A stretch of 64,000 nt of DNA from an uncultured Poribacteria bacterium (GCA_958296135.2 CATQHZ020000001.1:3776001-3840000), one strand, 5' to 3'. Shown: positions 41,175-49,824, numbered from the stretch's first letter. A program made the numbers and translations. Notes: generated by a model from the letters alone, not told the origin.

Positions 41175-41936
41175 ATGGCAGCTCAAACATCCAAAATCGA
41201 GTGGACAGAATCAACTTGGAACCCCGTCCGCGGATGCACGCGGGTCTCAGAAGGGTGCCGGTTCTGTTATGCTGAACGGATCGCGTCGCGATTTTCTGAC
41301 GAAGGCATGGCATACGAGGGCCTCGCCGAAAACACCAAAGCCGGTCCGCGCTGGACACAGGAAGTCAGGATTGTCCGAGAAGCGTTCAAGGCACCCCTGA
41401 AATGGAGAAAACCGCGCCGAATTTTCGTCAATTCCATGAGCGACATCTTCCATGAAAAGATCGAATTATCGACGATTCAGGAGCTCTTCGATGTCATGAA
41501 GAAAGCGGATTGGCACCAATTCCAGCTCTTGACGAAGCGAGCAGAACGGCTATTGGCATGCAACGCCGCCTTGCCGTGGCCGCCGAACGTCTGGATGGGA
41601 GTGAGCGTGGAAGATGAGCAAGTTATGCATCGGATAGATGCGCTGCGGCAAACCGATGCGCGCATCAAATTCCTCTCACTTGAACCGCTCCTCGGTCCGC
41701 TTCCGAATTTAGACTTAAGCGGGATAGACTGGGTTATCGTCGGCGGAGAATCCGGTCCGGGTGCACGTCCGATGGATAAAGCATGGGTGATTGCCATCCG
41801 AGAGCGGTGTGCGGAGGCGGGTGTGCCGTTTTTCTTTAAGCAGTGGGGTGGCGTGCGTAAATCGAAAACGGGGCGCGAGTTGGATGGAAAATTTTATGAC
41901 GAGATGCCGCACACGCCGCTATTGCAAATGAGATAG
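41175..41936 (+). CDS. DUF5131 / phage Gp37-Gp68 family protein
   Basis: SKIEWT..TWNP..GC..VS.GC..CYA, FVNSMSD.FH, LTKR, SLEPLLG, GGESG, FFKQWGG. Confidence 0.92.
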   Translation: MAAQTSKIEWTESTWNPVRGCTRVSEGCRFCYAERIASRFSDEGMAYEGLAENTKAGPRWTQEVRIVREAFKAPLKWRKPRRIFVNSMSDIFHEKIELSTIQELFDVMKKADWHQFQLLTKRAERLLACNAALPWPPNVWMGVSVEDEQVMHRIDALRQTDARIKFLSLEPLLGPLPNLDLSGIDWVIVGGESGPGARPMDKAWVIAIRERCAEAGVPFFFKQWGGVRKSKTGRELDGKFYDEMPHTPLLQMR

Positions 41937-41956
41937 AAAATCTAATTGCGGGCCTA

Positions 41957-43579
41957 TCATGGAATCGCCCGTATCTGGCGGATTTCGGAAACCTCAGACA
42001 CCGGCGGCGAGATCGGTTCATGGAATGCCATCTTCGCGGCAATTCTCCCGTAACTGTAACCATCACGGCGGGCTAACAATCGTAAATCCGCAGTGGTGCC
42101 GCTTTTTCGCGAATCTTTCACATCCGGTGCGAAATATTTGACACGGCATCTACGCGGCTTCCCTTTGGGCGTTTTATCAAAGCAGTTAATAACCCCGCGC
42201 CATTTCGTCCCATCTTGCGTTGTGAGCTCAACATGGTCCAACCGCCGGAACCCGTTGCTTTCCGCCCGTTTTTCATTCGGGAGGAAGAAGCCCGGGGCCT
42301 TCATCTTGAAAGTCTTGCGCAGATTATCACGCCGTCCATATCCCTCCGCTTGAATCACGTCAACTTGGAGAGAACTTGGTTGTTTCGGGAGACACGCAAC
42401 CGCGGCCGCGTCGTAGTAATGCGTCTTTGGCAAGCCTGCGAGGTTTCGGTTATGTGCTGTTTTTCCGCCAGTCCCGCTGAGAACGGGCAACTTCATCGCC
42501 TTGAGTATTTCAAAGAGTTTCCAGCGAATCGTGTTCACTGCAGCAGCATCAGAAAGCCCTTTCTTTGACTTGCTCACAGCGGATTTGACCTTTTTCGCAA
42601 ACTTTTCACCGCATTTCGCTTCCAACGCGTCACCGACAAGATTGCCCTTTTTCGCGTTGCACGGACGACACGCCATCGTGAGATTGTCGGGGCGACTGGA
42701 ACCGCCTTTCGCTTTAGGGAGGATGTGTTCAACCTCAAGGCGAACATTTTTGTCCCCACAATAGGCGCACTTTCGTCCGGTGAGTTCCAAGAGGTATTCG
42801 CGAATTTCGCGCCCGTGAAGTGTGCCTTGTTGATATTGAATCCCATGAATGTTGGGCTTGTCCATCAACTGCATATCAAACTTCACCGTTTCAATCGCGA
42901 GCCGTGTTATCGGAGAGACTTTGCGGTATCGCCGCGTCCACGTCTCTATATTGAAAACACGGGACATGAGGCTCGGTGCAACCCATCCGTTATCCGCGCG
43001 CTTTTGATGAGCAACACGGACGCGCTTCCAACGCTTCTTTTGGCGTTGATTCGTTTTCGTTTTCGGCAGACGTTCCCACCGATACCGCGGATCTCGCAAT
43101 TGTGCCCACGAGACGCGATTGAAGTGATTCTGCGTTTGACTCGTATCCGTGCCTTCTGGGGCCTTGGCGCGTTGATACGTCCATCCCTCGTCAGTCAGCA
43201 CCGGCACTTTTCGTCCGCGGTTTGCCCAACGCGCAGGACGATACCGTAGATTCCGAGTGCGGCGACCGCGGCGGAATCCAGACCGGTTAGTCAACGCTTT
43301 CTTTATCTGCCTTCCACGATGGTGGAGTTCCGCGGCATAGATGATATCGCCAGTCTCCGATGTGATGGCGATGCCCGATGTTTTTGAACCCGGATCCCAA
43401 CTCAGGGTGTAGTTCCCGGTAACAATCTCATCGGCAGGCACCGCTTTTTTCAGGATGATTGTAAACGGATGTCGGTTCCAAACAGCCGCCTCACCACGCT
43501 TCAATAAACGTCGCGCTATTGCCGGGTGGCACGGTTCCAATACGTTCTTGTTTCTATCAATCACAAAAACTTTTGACAT
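41957..43579 (-). CDS. iscB: RNA-guided endonuclease IscB (540 aa), CRISPR-associated
   Basis: PLMP-like N-terminus (VLEPCHPAIARRLL...PFTIIL), RuvC-I WDPGSK, Arg-rich bridge helix RRGRRTRNLRYR, RuvC-II IETVKFD, HNH CAYC..EHILP..GG...NL..AC..CN..KG, RuvC-III THYYDA; RBS GGAGAGG. Confidence 0.95.
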   Translation of the reverse strand: MSKVFVIDRNKNVLEPCHPAIARRLLKRGEAAVWNRHPFTIILKKAVPADEIVTGNYTLSWDPGSKTSGIAITSETGDIIYAAELHHRGRQIKKALTNRSGFRRGRRTRNLRYRPARWANRGRKVPVLTDEGWTYQRAKAPEGTDTSQTQNHFNRVSWAQLRDPRYRWERLPKTKTNQRQKKRWKRVRVAHQKRADNGWVAPSLMSRVFNIETWTRRYRKVSPITRLAIETVKFDMQLMDKPNIHGIQYQQGTLHGREIREYLLELTGRKCAYCGDKNVRLEVEHILPKAKGGSSRPDNLTMACRPCNAKKGNLVGDALEAKCGEKFAKKVKSAVSKSKKGLSDAAAVNTIRWKLFEILKAMKLPVLSGTGGKTAHNRNLAGLPKTHYYDAAAVACLPKQPSSLQVDVIQAEGYGRRDNLRKTFKMKAPGFFLPNEKRAESNGFRRLDHVELTTQDGTKWRGVINCFDKTPKGKPRRCRVKYFAPDVKDSRKSGTTADLRLLARRDGYSYGRIAAKMAFHEPISPPVSEVSEIRQIRAIP

Positions 43580-43594
43580 AATGTCCTCTCCTGC

Positions 43595-43857
43595 TACTGC
43601 AGAAGGTAATGTGAGCCTCGCCAATGTTATCTCTGCTTAATTCAGGGTTGACTGCCTCATCTTGACAAGAGACTGTTTACAGAGCCCCCACAGTGCTCCC
43701 GACTGGCTCCATCGGCGATCCGACGTATCTGGAGGTGTGATAACAGAGATAACGTAGTTAGTGAAAACTTAAGCTAGATACCGATTCAATTAGGCAACAA
43801 GGATTCCACCCCTTGTTCCCCGCTCCGCAAGCGGAGCTAACATGGTTTCATTGCAAC
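43595..43857 (-). ncRNA. omega RNA (HEARO-like) scaffold with repeat-complementary 5' region
   Basis: On the minus strand, in order: TAGCTTAAG, CTACGTT, ACACC, GCCAGTC, TAAACAG, GGCAGT, AACATTGGCGAGG, ATTACC; long-range stem GTTATCTCTG/CAGAGATAAC; directly upstream of iscB; exact ends inferred. Confidence 0.85.
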
Positions 43858-43858
43858 T

Positions 43859-43950
43859 TTGCTGTCAACCTCCCGCAACATTTGCGTTATTGGAGGTAGA
43901 CAGCAAGTCCTTACGCCGCAAGCACGGATGCACACGGCGTGATGCCGAGC
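43859..43950 (+). promoter_or_regulatory. putative CRISPR leader with inverted repeat
   Basis: TTGCTGTCAACCTCC-N16-GGAGGTAGACAGCAA ending 44 bp before the first perfect repeat; degenerate repeats are at the far end. Confidence 0.6.
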
Positions 43951-45260
43951 GTTGCAACTTTACCATGCTCAAGCGGTAACTGAAGGATTTAAGCCGACTC
44001 CGCGCAGCCGGAAACGCGTTGCAACTTTACCATGCTCAAGCGGTAACGGTTCCATCTCGATGCGAGTTTGCGTCGTGCGGCACTGGTTGCAACTTTACCA
44101 TGCTCAAGCGGTAACGCTGCGCTTTGCGGTTTAGCTCTCCCCACGCGATTGTTGCAACTTTACCATGCTCAAGCGGTAACTCGTAAGGATAGGCGAGTGC
44201 CTTGTCAATGAGGCGTTCGTTGCAACTTTACCATGCTCAAGCGGTAACTTTACCTAAACTATAATGCGTAAAATTGACAATCTCTAGTTGCAACTTTACC
44301 ATGCTCAAGCGGTAACGCGTGTCGTAAGATTCTGCCGCCGCGTAGATGGAATGCGTTGCAACTTTACCATGCTCAAGCGGTAACCTTCATCGTAAGCCTC
44401 TTCATCGTAGGTGAAGAATTGTTGCAACTTTACCATGCTCAAGCGGTAACCGCTTGATGAACCTGCTGTTGATGAACCCCAGCAGGGCAGGGCGGCGTTG
44501 CAACTTTACCATGCTCAAGCGGTAACCAGCATCTTGAAAAACAAGGTGCGGGTGCTGCGAGCGTTGCAACTTTACCATGCTCAAGCGGTAACAGGTTTTT
44601 ACGTCTACTTGCGCCGGCCCGCCAGCCGGCGCGGTTGCAACTTTACCATGCTCAAGCGGTAACTGAACACGAAGGGCGGGGTGACGCGCATGGGCGTGAG
44701 TTGCAACTTTACCATGCTCAAGCGGTAACCTCTGTATAACCTATGTTAATCCCGTCAAATCTAGTTGCAACTTTACCATGCTCAAGCGGTAACCTAAAAT
44801 ATCCATTACATCTTTAGGCATTGCCAGCCTCGTTGCAACTTTACCATGCTCAAGCGGTAACTTAAGGTCTTCGTGAAGCCCTCCCTGCCCGTCCAGGTTG
44901 CAACTTTACCATGCTCAAGCGGTAACCATTGCAGACGAGCATTGATGTGAAGACCGGACGACTGTTGCAACTTTACCATGCTCAAGCGGTAACGTCATAG
45001 ATGGCTTCTAGCATAGGCGTGAGACGCGGTGTTGCAACTTTACCATGCTCAAGCGGTAACGCGCAGCGTCAGTCTCGGTAGCCGGTGCGGGTGCCGGTGT
45101 TGCAACTTTACCATGCTCAAGCGGTAACTTTTGGGGTTGATTTGCGCTCATGGCGTTGCCGACAGGTTGCAACTTTACCATGCACAAGCGGTAACAAATA
45201 CTGACAGCGATACGACTTCCCGCCAGAACCGTTTCAACTTTACCATGCTCAGGTGGTAAC
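43951..45260. CRISPR. CRISPR array: 20 repeats (30 bp, GTTGCAACTTTACCATGCTCAAGCGGTAAC) and 19 spacers (34-46 bp)
   Basis: 18 identical repeats; repeat 19 (45166) has 1 change and repeat 20 (45231) has 3; spacers are unique. Confidence 0.99.
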
Positions 45261-45275
45261 CGGCAACTATGTTAA

Positions 45276-45304
45276 AGTATACCACGCTTTCTTCTGAATT
45301 GCAA
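45276..45304 (-). promoter_or_regulatory. sigma70 promoter firing into the array toward iscB
   Basis: Minus strand TTGCAA-N17-TATACT with extended TG; same architecture as the promoters at 8007 and upstream of tRNA-Ala. Confidence 0.75.
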
Positions 45305-45378
45305 ATGAAATCGACCTATTTGGTTAGCATCCCGCGTCCGGAAGTGCAATGCTAAAGAAGCGTGTGGTGCTACTAACC

Positions 45379-46302
45379 TCATACAAGTTTGTTCAAATCG
45401 ACAGGTAACCCGACAGATTTCATTTCCTGAGCCAGTCTCAGTTTCCATCCATCCTCGCTCTTCATTGGAATATAAAGGAGTCCATCAAGATCGGAGGGGT
45501 TTTCTAGTTCCCCTTTAACGAGCAAACAGACTCTTCCGCGTTCCAACTTTCCTTGAAAATAGCCGAGTTCTAGGATGACGTTTTGACGAGCCCGAAGTTT
45601 GAGATCCTCATCTGCTTCATTCCTTAGGGCACCAACATCATCGGGAGTCAGCAAAGCAATAGCAAACCTAACGTTGTTTGCCAATTGCTCAAGCTTCTCA
45701 ATAATCGTTAGACCGGAGTTGGGTTGGTTTTCAAGGATGATTTCCTTGAATCCTAAATCCCTGAGGAACAAAACGACAGCGTTTTTCGCCGCATCGTCCC
45801 GTCCATGCACGATAAACACTGAAGTGTCCGCAGGAGTGTCTGAAGGTAGATTACGCAGATTTATCTTTCCCACCGTTTCAGATCTGGCTTCCACCGTAGA
45901 ACCTTCTTGTGCTATCTGTAACCGTGTTAACTGTTCCGGATCCAAAACCGATATTTCGCCATCATCAACAGAATCCACCTCTTTTGCCTTCGGGTGATAG
46001 GAGAGGTAGGAACGTTCCCCTTTTCTTTCTTCGATGATAGCGAGCCATATACCGCCGCAACTCCCTTCGCAGCACAGCGTTTTTTGTCTGTCGCAGAGTT
46101 TGATTTCAAGTTGATGCGAAGCCCCCCAGGGACAAGCAATGTCAATAAATTCGTGAGGTTGTGCCGGCGTGGAAAGAAGGACTTTCCATGCACCACCTCG
46201 TTGCAAGATACCATGCACCTTCTTACCTGTCGTATCTACGATAAGAAGGTCTTTCCCATCAAATGCCCCTGAAGGAAGCATTCCATTATAAGGTCTATAC
46301 AT
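45379..46302 (-). CDS. TIR-like nucleotide-binding domain protein (CAP12/Pycsar-type TIR at the C-terminus)
   Basis: VFIVHGRD, TIIEKLE, LLTPDD, RARQNVILELGYF, PSDLDG; RBS AAGGAG. Confidence 0.88.
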   Translation of the reverse strand: MYRPYNGMLPSGAFDGKDLLIVDTTGKKVHGILQRGGAWKVLLSTPAQPHEFIDIACPWGASHQLEIKLCDRQKTLCCEGSCGGIWLAIIEERKGERSYLSYHPKAKEVDSVDDGEISVLDPEQLTRLQIAQEGSTVEARSETVGKINLRNLPSDTPADTSVFIVHGRDDAAKNAVVLFLRDLGFKEIILENQPNSGLTIIEKLEQLANNVRFAIALLTPDDVGALRNEADEDLKLRARQNVILELGYFQGKLERGRVCLLVKGELENPSDLDGLLYIPMKSEDGWKLRLAQEMKSVGLPVDLNKLV

Positions 46303-46509
46303 TATTTCTCCTTCCACCCGCAGTTCCAGAAAACCCGCACCAGCATCGTTACATTTCAAGGGAAACCGTTAAGTTCTCTCATACCATCGGTGCATGAGCG
46401 CAGCGTTACCATAACCCGACACCGCAATGGCGATGCGAAGCCGGTAACTGAACGTACCTGCATCCTTTTCTTTTAATTATACACGAAATGGTTAGAAATG
46501 TCAATTTTT

Positions 46510-46653
46510 TTAATGATTATCAATCTCCCGATGCCTCGGCACCGCCGCGCGGGTTCCCCGTACTGGATTTGCCCACCACGAGTGGTTTCCACCCTCACGA
46601 ACTAAGTAGCAGCCGTGTCGTCTGAGGTGTTTAATCAACTGCCGCAACTTCAT
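46510..46653 (-). pseudogene. hicA: HicA toxin, C-terminally truncated (47 aa)
   Basis: MKLRQLIKHLRRHGCYLVREGGNHSWW.NP.....AVPRHREIDNH*; overlaps the hicB stop (ATGA); last helix missing. Confidence 0.75.
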
Positions 46654-46862
46654 ACAGAAATTTCCACTTCCTCATATTCGTAGGCGGCGCGCTCTCGTGC
46701 GTCTTGCGCTTCAAACTCCAATGCCTCGCGAAGTGTAATTTGGAGCGTATCTAGCAACGCCTCTCGCGTCCGTTCTTGGCACGTCACGCCCGATACCTCG
46801 CGGATCCACCCAATCCACCACTCACCGCGGTGTTGGATCTGAGCCGTATAGGTTTGTGACAT
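46650..46862 (-). CDS. hicB: HicB family antitoxin
   Basis: YTA.I...GEWWIGW..EV.GV.CQ..TRE.L...L..AL; RBS AAGGAG. Confidence 0.85.
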   Translation of the reverse strand: MSQTYTAQIQHRGEWWIGWIREVSGVTCQERTREALLDTLQITLREALEFEAQDARERAAYEYEEVEISV

Positions 46863-46895
46863 TTTAAATCTCCTTCCCATCGCTACAATTCTCGA

Positions 46896-48167
46896 CTAAA
46901 GGTATAGTCCTTGCAACTCCTCAAAAAAATGCGGAAACGTTTTACTCACACATCCCGGGTCACAAATCTGAATCCCAGGAACTTTCAAGCCTATCAGCGA
47001 AAATGCCATCGCCACGCGATGATCGCGGTAGGTATCAATCGCCGCGGGGGTAATAGGCGCAGGAGTAATCTCTACGCCATCGCGATGCTCTACCACCGGT
47101 ACGCCTAATTTGCGCAACTCTGTCACCATCGCATGAATCCGGTCGGTTTCTTGCCAGCGGGTATGTTCAATGTTTCGGATAATCACTTTGCTATCGGCGA
47201 AGGGGGCGATGGCCGCCAAGGTCAACGCCGTATCGGAGAGTGCCTTCATATCTACGTCAATGCCGCGCAGACGTTCCGGTCCGATAACCTCAAGGCCATC
47301 GGAAGCGGCGTTCACCCGACACCCCATCTCTTCCAAGACGCGGACAAACTGGACATCGCCTTGCGCGGAATCGAGATGCAGGTGCCTCACCTTGAGCCGT
47401 CCCCCTGTGAGCGCGGCTGCAGCGAAAAAATAGGAGGCATTGGAGGCATCCGGCTCAATGTGATACTCGCGCGGTTGATATGACCGGGGGCCTGCGATGC
47501 GGAAATGCCGATAATTGTCATTGGCGACGGTTACGCCGAATGCCTCCATGACAGACGTGGTAATGTCAATATAAGGCGTTTTGAGCGCGCCGACAACCTC
47601 AATCTCCATATCGTTTTTGGCGCAAGGCGCAATGAGAAGCAGTGAGGTGAGGAATTGACTGCTCTTGCTGGCATCCAATCGGGTTTTGCCGCCGCCAAGC
47701 CCGTTTGCCTGCACGATGACAGGGAGATGGCCGTTGTCAAATTGTGAGCGCGCGGAAACGCCGAGTTGCGTCAGCGCGTCGAGTAAATCGGAGATAGGCC
47801 GGCTGCGCCGCATCGGCTCATCGCCATCAATGATAAATTCGCCTTGCCCGAGCGATACATAACTGACGAGGGAGCGGGCAGTAGTGCCAGAGTTCCCGAT
47901 GTAAAGTGCCGCGCTCTCCACCGGTATATACCCGCCGTTGCCGTTGACGTGAAACGTCGCCTGTGCTTCATCTGCATCGATTTGGGCTCCGAGTTTTCGC
48001 AGGGCGTTGCACATATAGCGCGTGTCATCGCTGAAGAGCGCGCCGGTTAACGTGGAGTGTCCGTTCGCCAGCGCGGCAACTAACAACGCGCGGTTCGTAT
48101 AACTTTTAGAGCCCGGCACCGCTATCGTCGCATTGACTGGTTTGCGAAGGGGTTGAATCTCAATCAT
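46896..48167 (-). CDS. aroA: 3-phosphoshikimate 1-carboxyvinyltransferase
   Basis: PGSKSYTNR, GNSGT, SSQF, ETDRI, DHRVAMAF, KTFP.FF. Confidence 0.95.
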   Translation of the reverse strand: MIEIQPLRKPVNATIAVPGSKSYTNRALLVAALANGHSTLTGALFSDDTRYMCNALRKLGAQIDADEAQATFHVNGNGGYIPVESAALYIGNSGTTARSLVSYVSLGQGEFIIDGDEPMRRSRPISDLLDALTQLGVSARSQFDNGHLPVIVQANGLGGGKTRLDASKSSQFLTSLLLIAPCAKNDMEIEVVGALKTPYIDITTSVMEAFGVTVANDNYRHFRIAGPRSYQPREYHIEPDASNASYFFAAAALTGGRLKVRHLHLDSAQGDVQFVRVLEEMGCRVNAASDGLEVIGPERLRGIDVDMKALSDTALTLAAIAPFADSKVIIRNIEHTRWQETDRIHAMVTELRKLGVPVVEHRDGVEITPAPITPAAIDTYRDHRVAMAFSLIGLKVPGIQICDPGCVSKTFPHFFEELQGLYL

Positions 48168-49063
48168 TCGGAAATCCCCAACTCCGTGAGCAACTGCCGA
48201 ATCTCCGCTTTGGCGGCATCGCTCACCGGCAACAGCGGACTCGTCGTGTGCGCTTGGCAGACACCGAGAATGTCCAAGCAAGCCTTCATCCCGCTCACGC
48301 CTTGGCCGTAGGTGTAGATTTTGCTGAGCCGGAGCAGCCACTTTTGCAACCGATGCACTTCGTCAATATCGCGGGCCTTCCCAGCATTGTAGAGCGCGAC
48401 AGCTTGTTTCGGTGCAACGTTTGAGATGGAAACGACACCGCCATCGGCACCGAATAGCAAAGCCGCGCCTAGCGCGGTATGCGAACCGAGAAAGATAGAG
48501 AAATCATCCCTATCTCCAAGCAGTGCTAAAAGGCTCAGGCAGTTGTTCCAATCGCCGGAACTATCCTTCATCCCAACGATGTTATCGCACCGCTCTGCGA
48601 GTTCAGCGACTATCTGTGGCTTAATCGCCGTTTTTACGGTAGAGGGGATGTTGTAAATCAGCACCGGCAGGGCCGTGCTAGCTGCGATAGCTTCATAGAA
48701 TTCAACCAGGTCTGCGTCATTGGTGGAGGGGTAGTAGTAGCCCGGTGTCGCGGCGACAGCATCCACGCCGAACTGCTGCGCAATCTCAATGTTTTGGATA
48801 ACGCGCCGCGTGCTGGTATCCATCACACCGCTGATAATCGGCACGCGGCCGTTGACGACTCTCACGGCGATGTCAATAGCGCGCTCGCGTTCCGCGTTTG
48901 TCAACGTTGTGAACTCACCGGAAGTGCCTAAGAGATAGATGCCGTGAACGCCGTTGCTAATCAAACGGTGGAGTTGCTTGGTAAACCCGAGCTCATCAAC
49001 GCGTTCTTTTGCATCCAGCGGCGTTACCGTGGGGGTAAAAATTCCTTCAAATCGGACATTCAT
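48164..49063 (-). CDS. dihydrodipicolinate synthase family protein
   Basis: GTSGEF, IYNIP, GMKDSSGD. Confidence 0.9.
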   Translation of the reverse strand: MNVRFEGIFTPTVTPLDAKERVDELGFTKQLHRLISNGVHGIYLLGTSGEFTTLTNAERERAIDIAVRVVNGRVPIISGVMDTSTRRVIQNIEIAQQFGVDAVAATPGYYYPSTNDADLVEFYEAIAASTALPVLIYNIPSTVKTAIKPQIVAELAERCDNIVGMKDSSGDWNNCLSLLALLGDRDDFSIFLGSHTALGAALLFGADGGVVSISNVAPKQAVALYNAGKARDIDEVHRLQKWLLRLSKIYTYGQGVSGMKACLDILGVCQAHTTSPLLPVSDAAKAEIRQLLTELGISE

Positions 49064-49125
49064 TCGTTTCGCTCCTCAGTCAAGCTGGCTAAGTCTTTTG
49101 AGTTTAGCAAATTATGGTTCGGTTG

Positions 49126-49569
49126 TCAATCATTTTTTTCCTCCTCCGATGCCTCCATTCTCTCCAAAATGCGATCCAACTTCTCTGTAGCCGCTTTAAT
49201 TTTTCGCCAGATAATGACAGCGGACACTCCAACTGTGAGGGGAAAAACGAACTGAATTATTTCAGCGGGGACAATTGGAATGAGCGATTTGCACTTTTCT
49301 GTCACGTACCCAATCGCCGGGAGAATGAGCCAATTCCAATCCTTCACAAAAGTGATGTATTTTCGGATGCGGCCGCCTTTGGGAGGAATTGGGACAGTGC
49401 TGATTTCATATTTACCGGATTGGACATCAAACCGCACGCTAGTCCCTTCTTCCGGTGTTGAAGAGACCTCTAACATGCCTGTCTCCTGGTCGTATTTAAT
49501 GTTCACGTTTTCCTTATATCGCAACTGTAGCAGGCGATAGTGCCTAACAGTTTTGCGCTGATAGAACAC
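49126..49569 (-). CDS. hypothetical membrane protein
   Basis: 147-aa ORF with C-terminal hydrophobic segments; start uncertain. Confidence 0.4.
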   Translation of the reverse strand: MFYQRKTVRHYRLLQLRYKENVNIKYDQETGMLEVSSTPEEGTSVRFDVQSGKYEISTVPIPPKGGRIRKYITFVKDWNWLILPAIGYVTEKCKSLIPIVPAEIIQFVFPLTVGVSAVIIWRKIKAATEKLDRILERMEASEEEKND

Positions 49570-49626
49570 GCTCGCCTACTTCGCGCGCAGGCGTAGATTT
49601 ATATGCCGCGCGGACAGCCCTATAGG

Positions 49627-49824
49627 TTAACCTGCCCGAACGGGCGTGTTGGGGACAGGTTTTATCATAAATTCCAGTTTTCCATCTTTAAAATAGCGCC
49701 GGATCTGCGGGTCTTTTAAATCCAGCGCGAAATCCGAGCCACTGACAGCCTCAATAATCAACAGGTCATTCGGATTGTCGGGATGGACGATTTTCGCGTT
49801 TCGGTGCCGATATTCCTTTTTCAC
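49627..49824 (-). CDS. small hypothetical protein
   Basis: RBS AAGGAGG before GTG start. Confidence 0.5.
   Translation of the reverse strand: MKKEYRHRNAKIVHPDNPNDLLIIEAVSGSDFALDLKDPQIRRYFKDGKLEFMIKPVPNTPVRAG

Noticed and set aside
41957-43579. Calling the HNH/RuvC protein Cas9
   Set aside because: It is only 540 aa, has a PLMP-like N-terminus and an upstream omega RNA, and lacks a full REC lobe, all of which fit IscB.
43952-44584. Short ORFs inside the array
   Set aside because: They are artefacts of repeat-spacer translation.
43981-45230. Self-targeting spacers
   Set aside because: No match to the window was noticed by eye; an alignment is needed to exclude it.
48168-48341. Extended aroA N-terminus
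   Set aside because: It overlaps the DHDPS-family gene; ATG 48167 gives a normal ATGA coupling.
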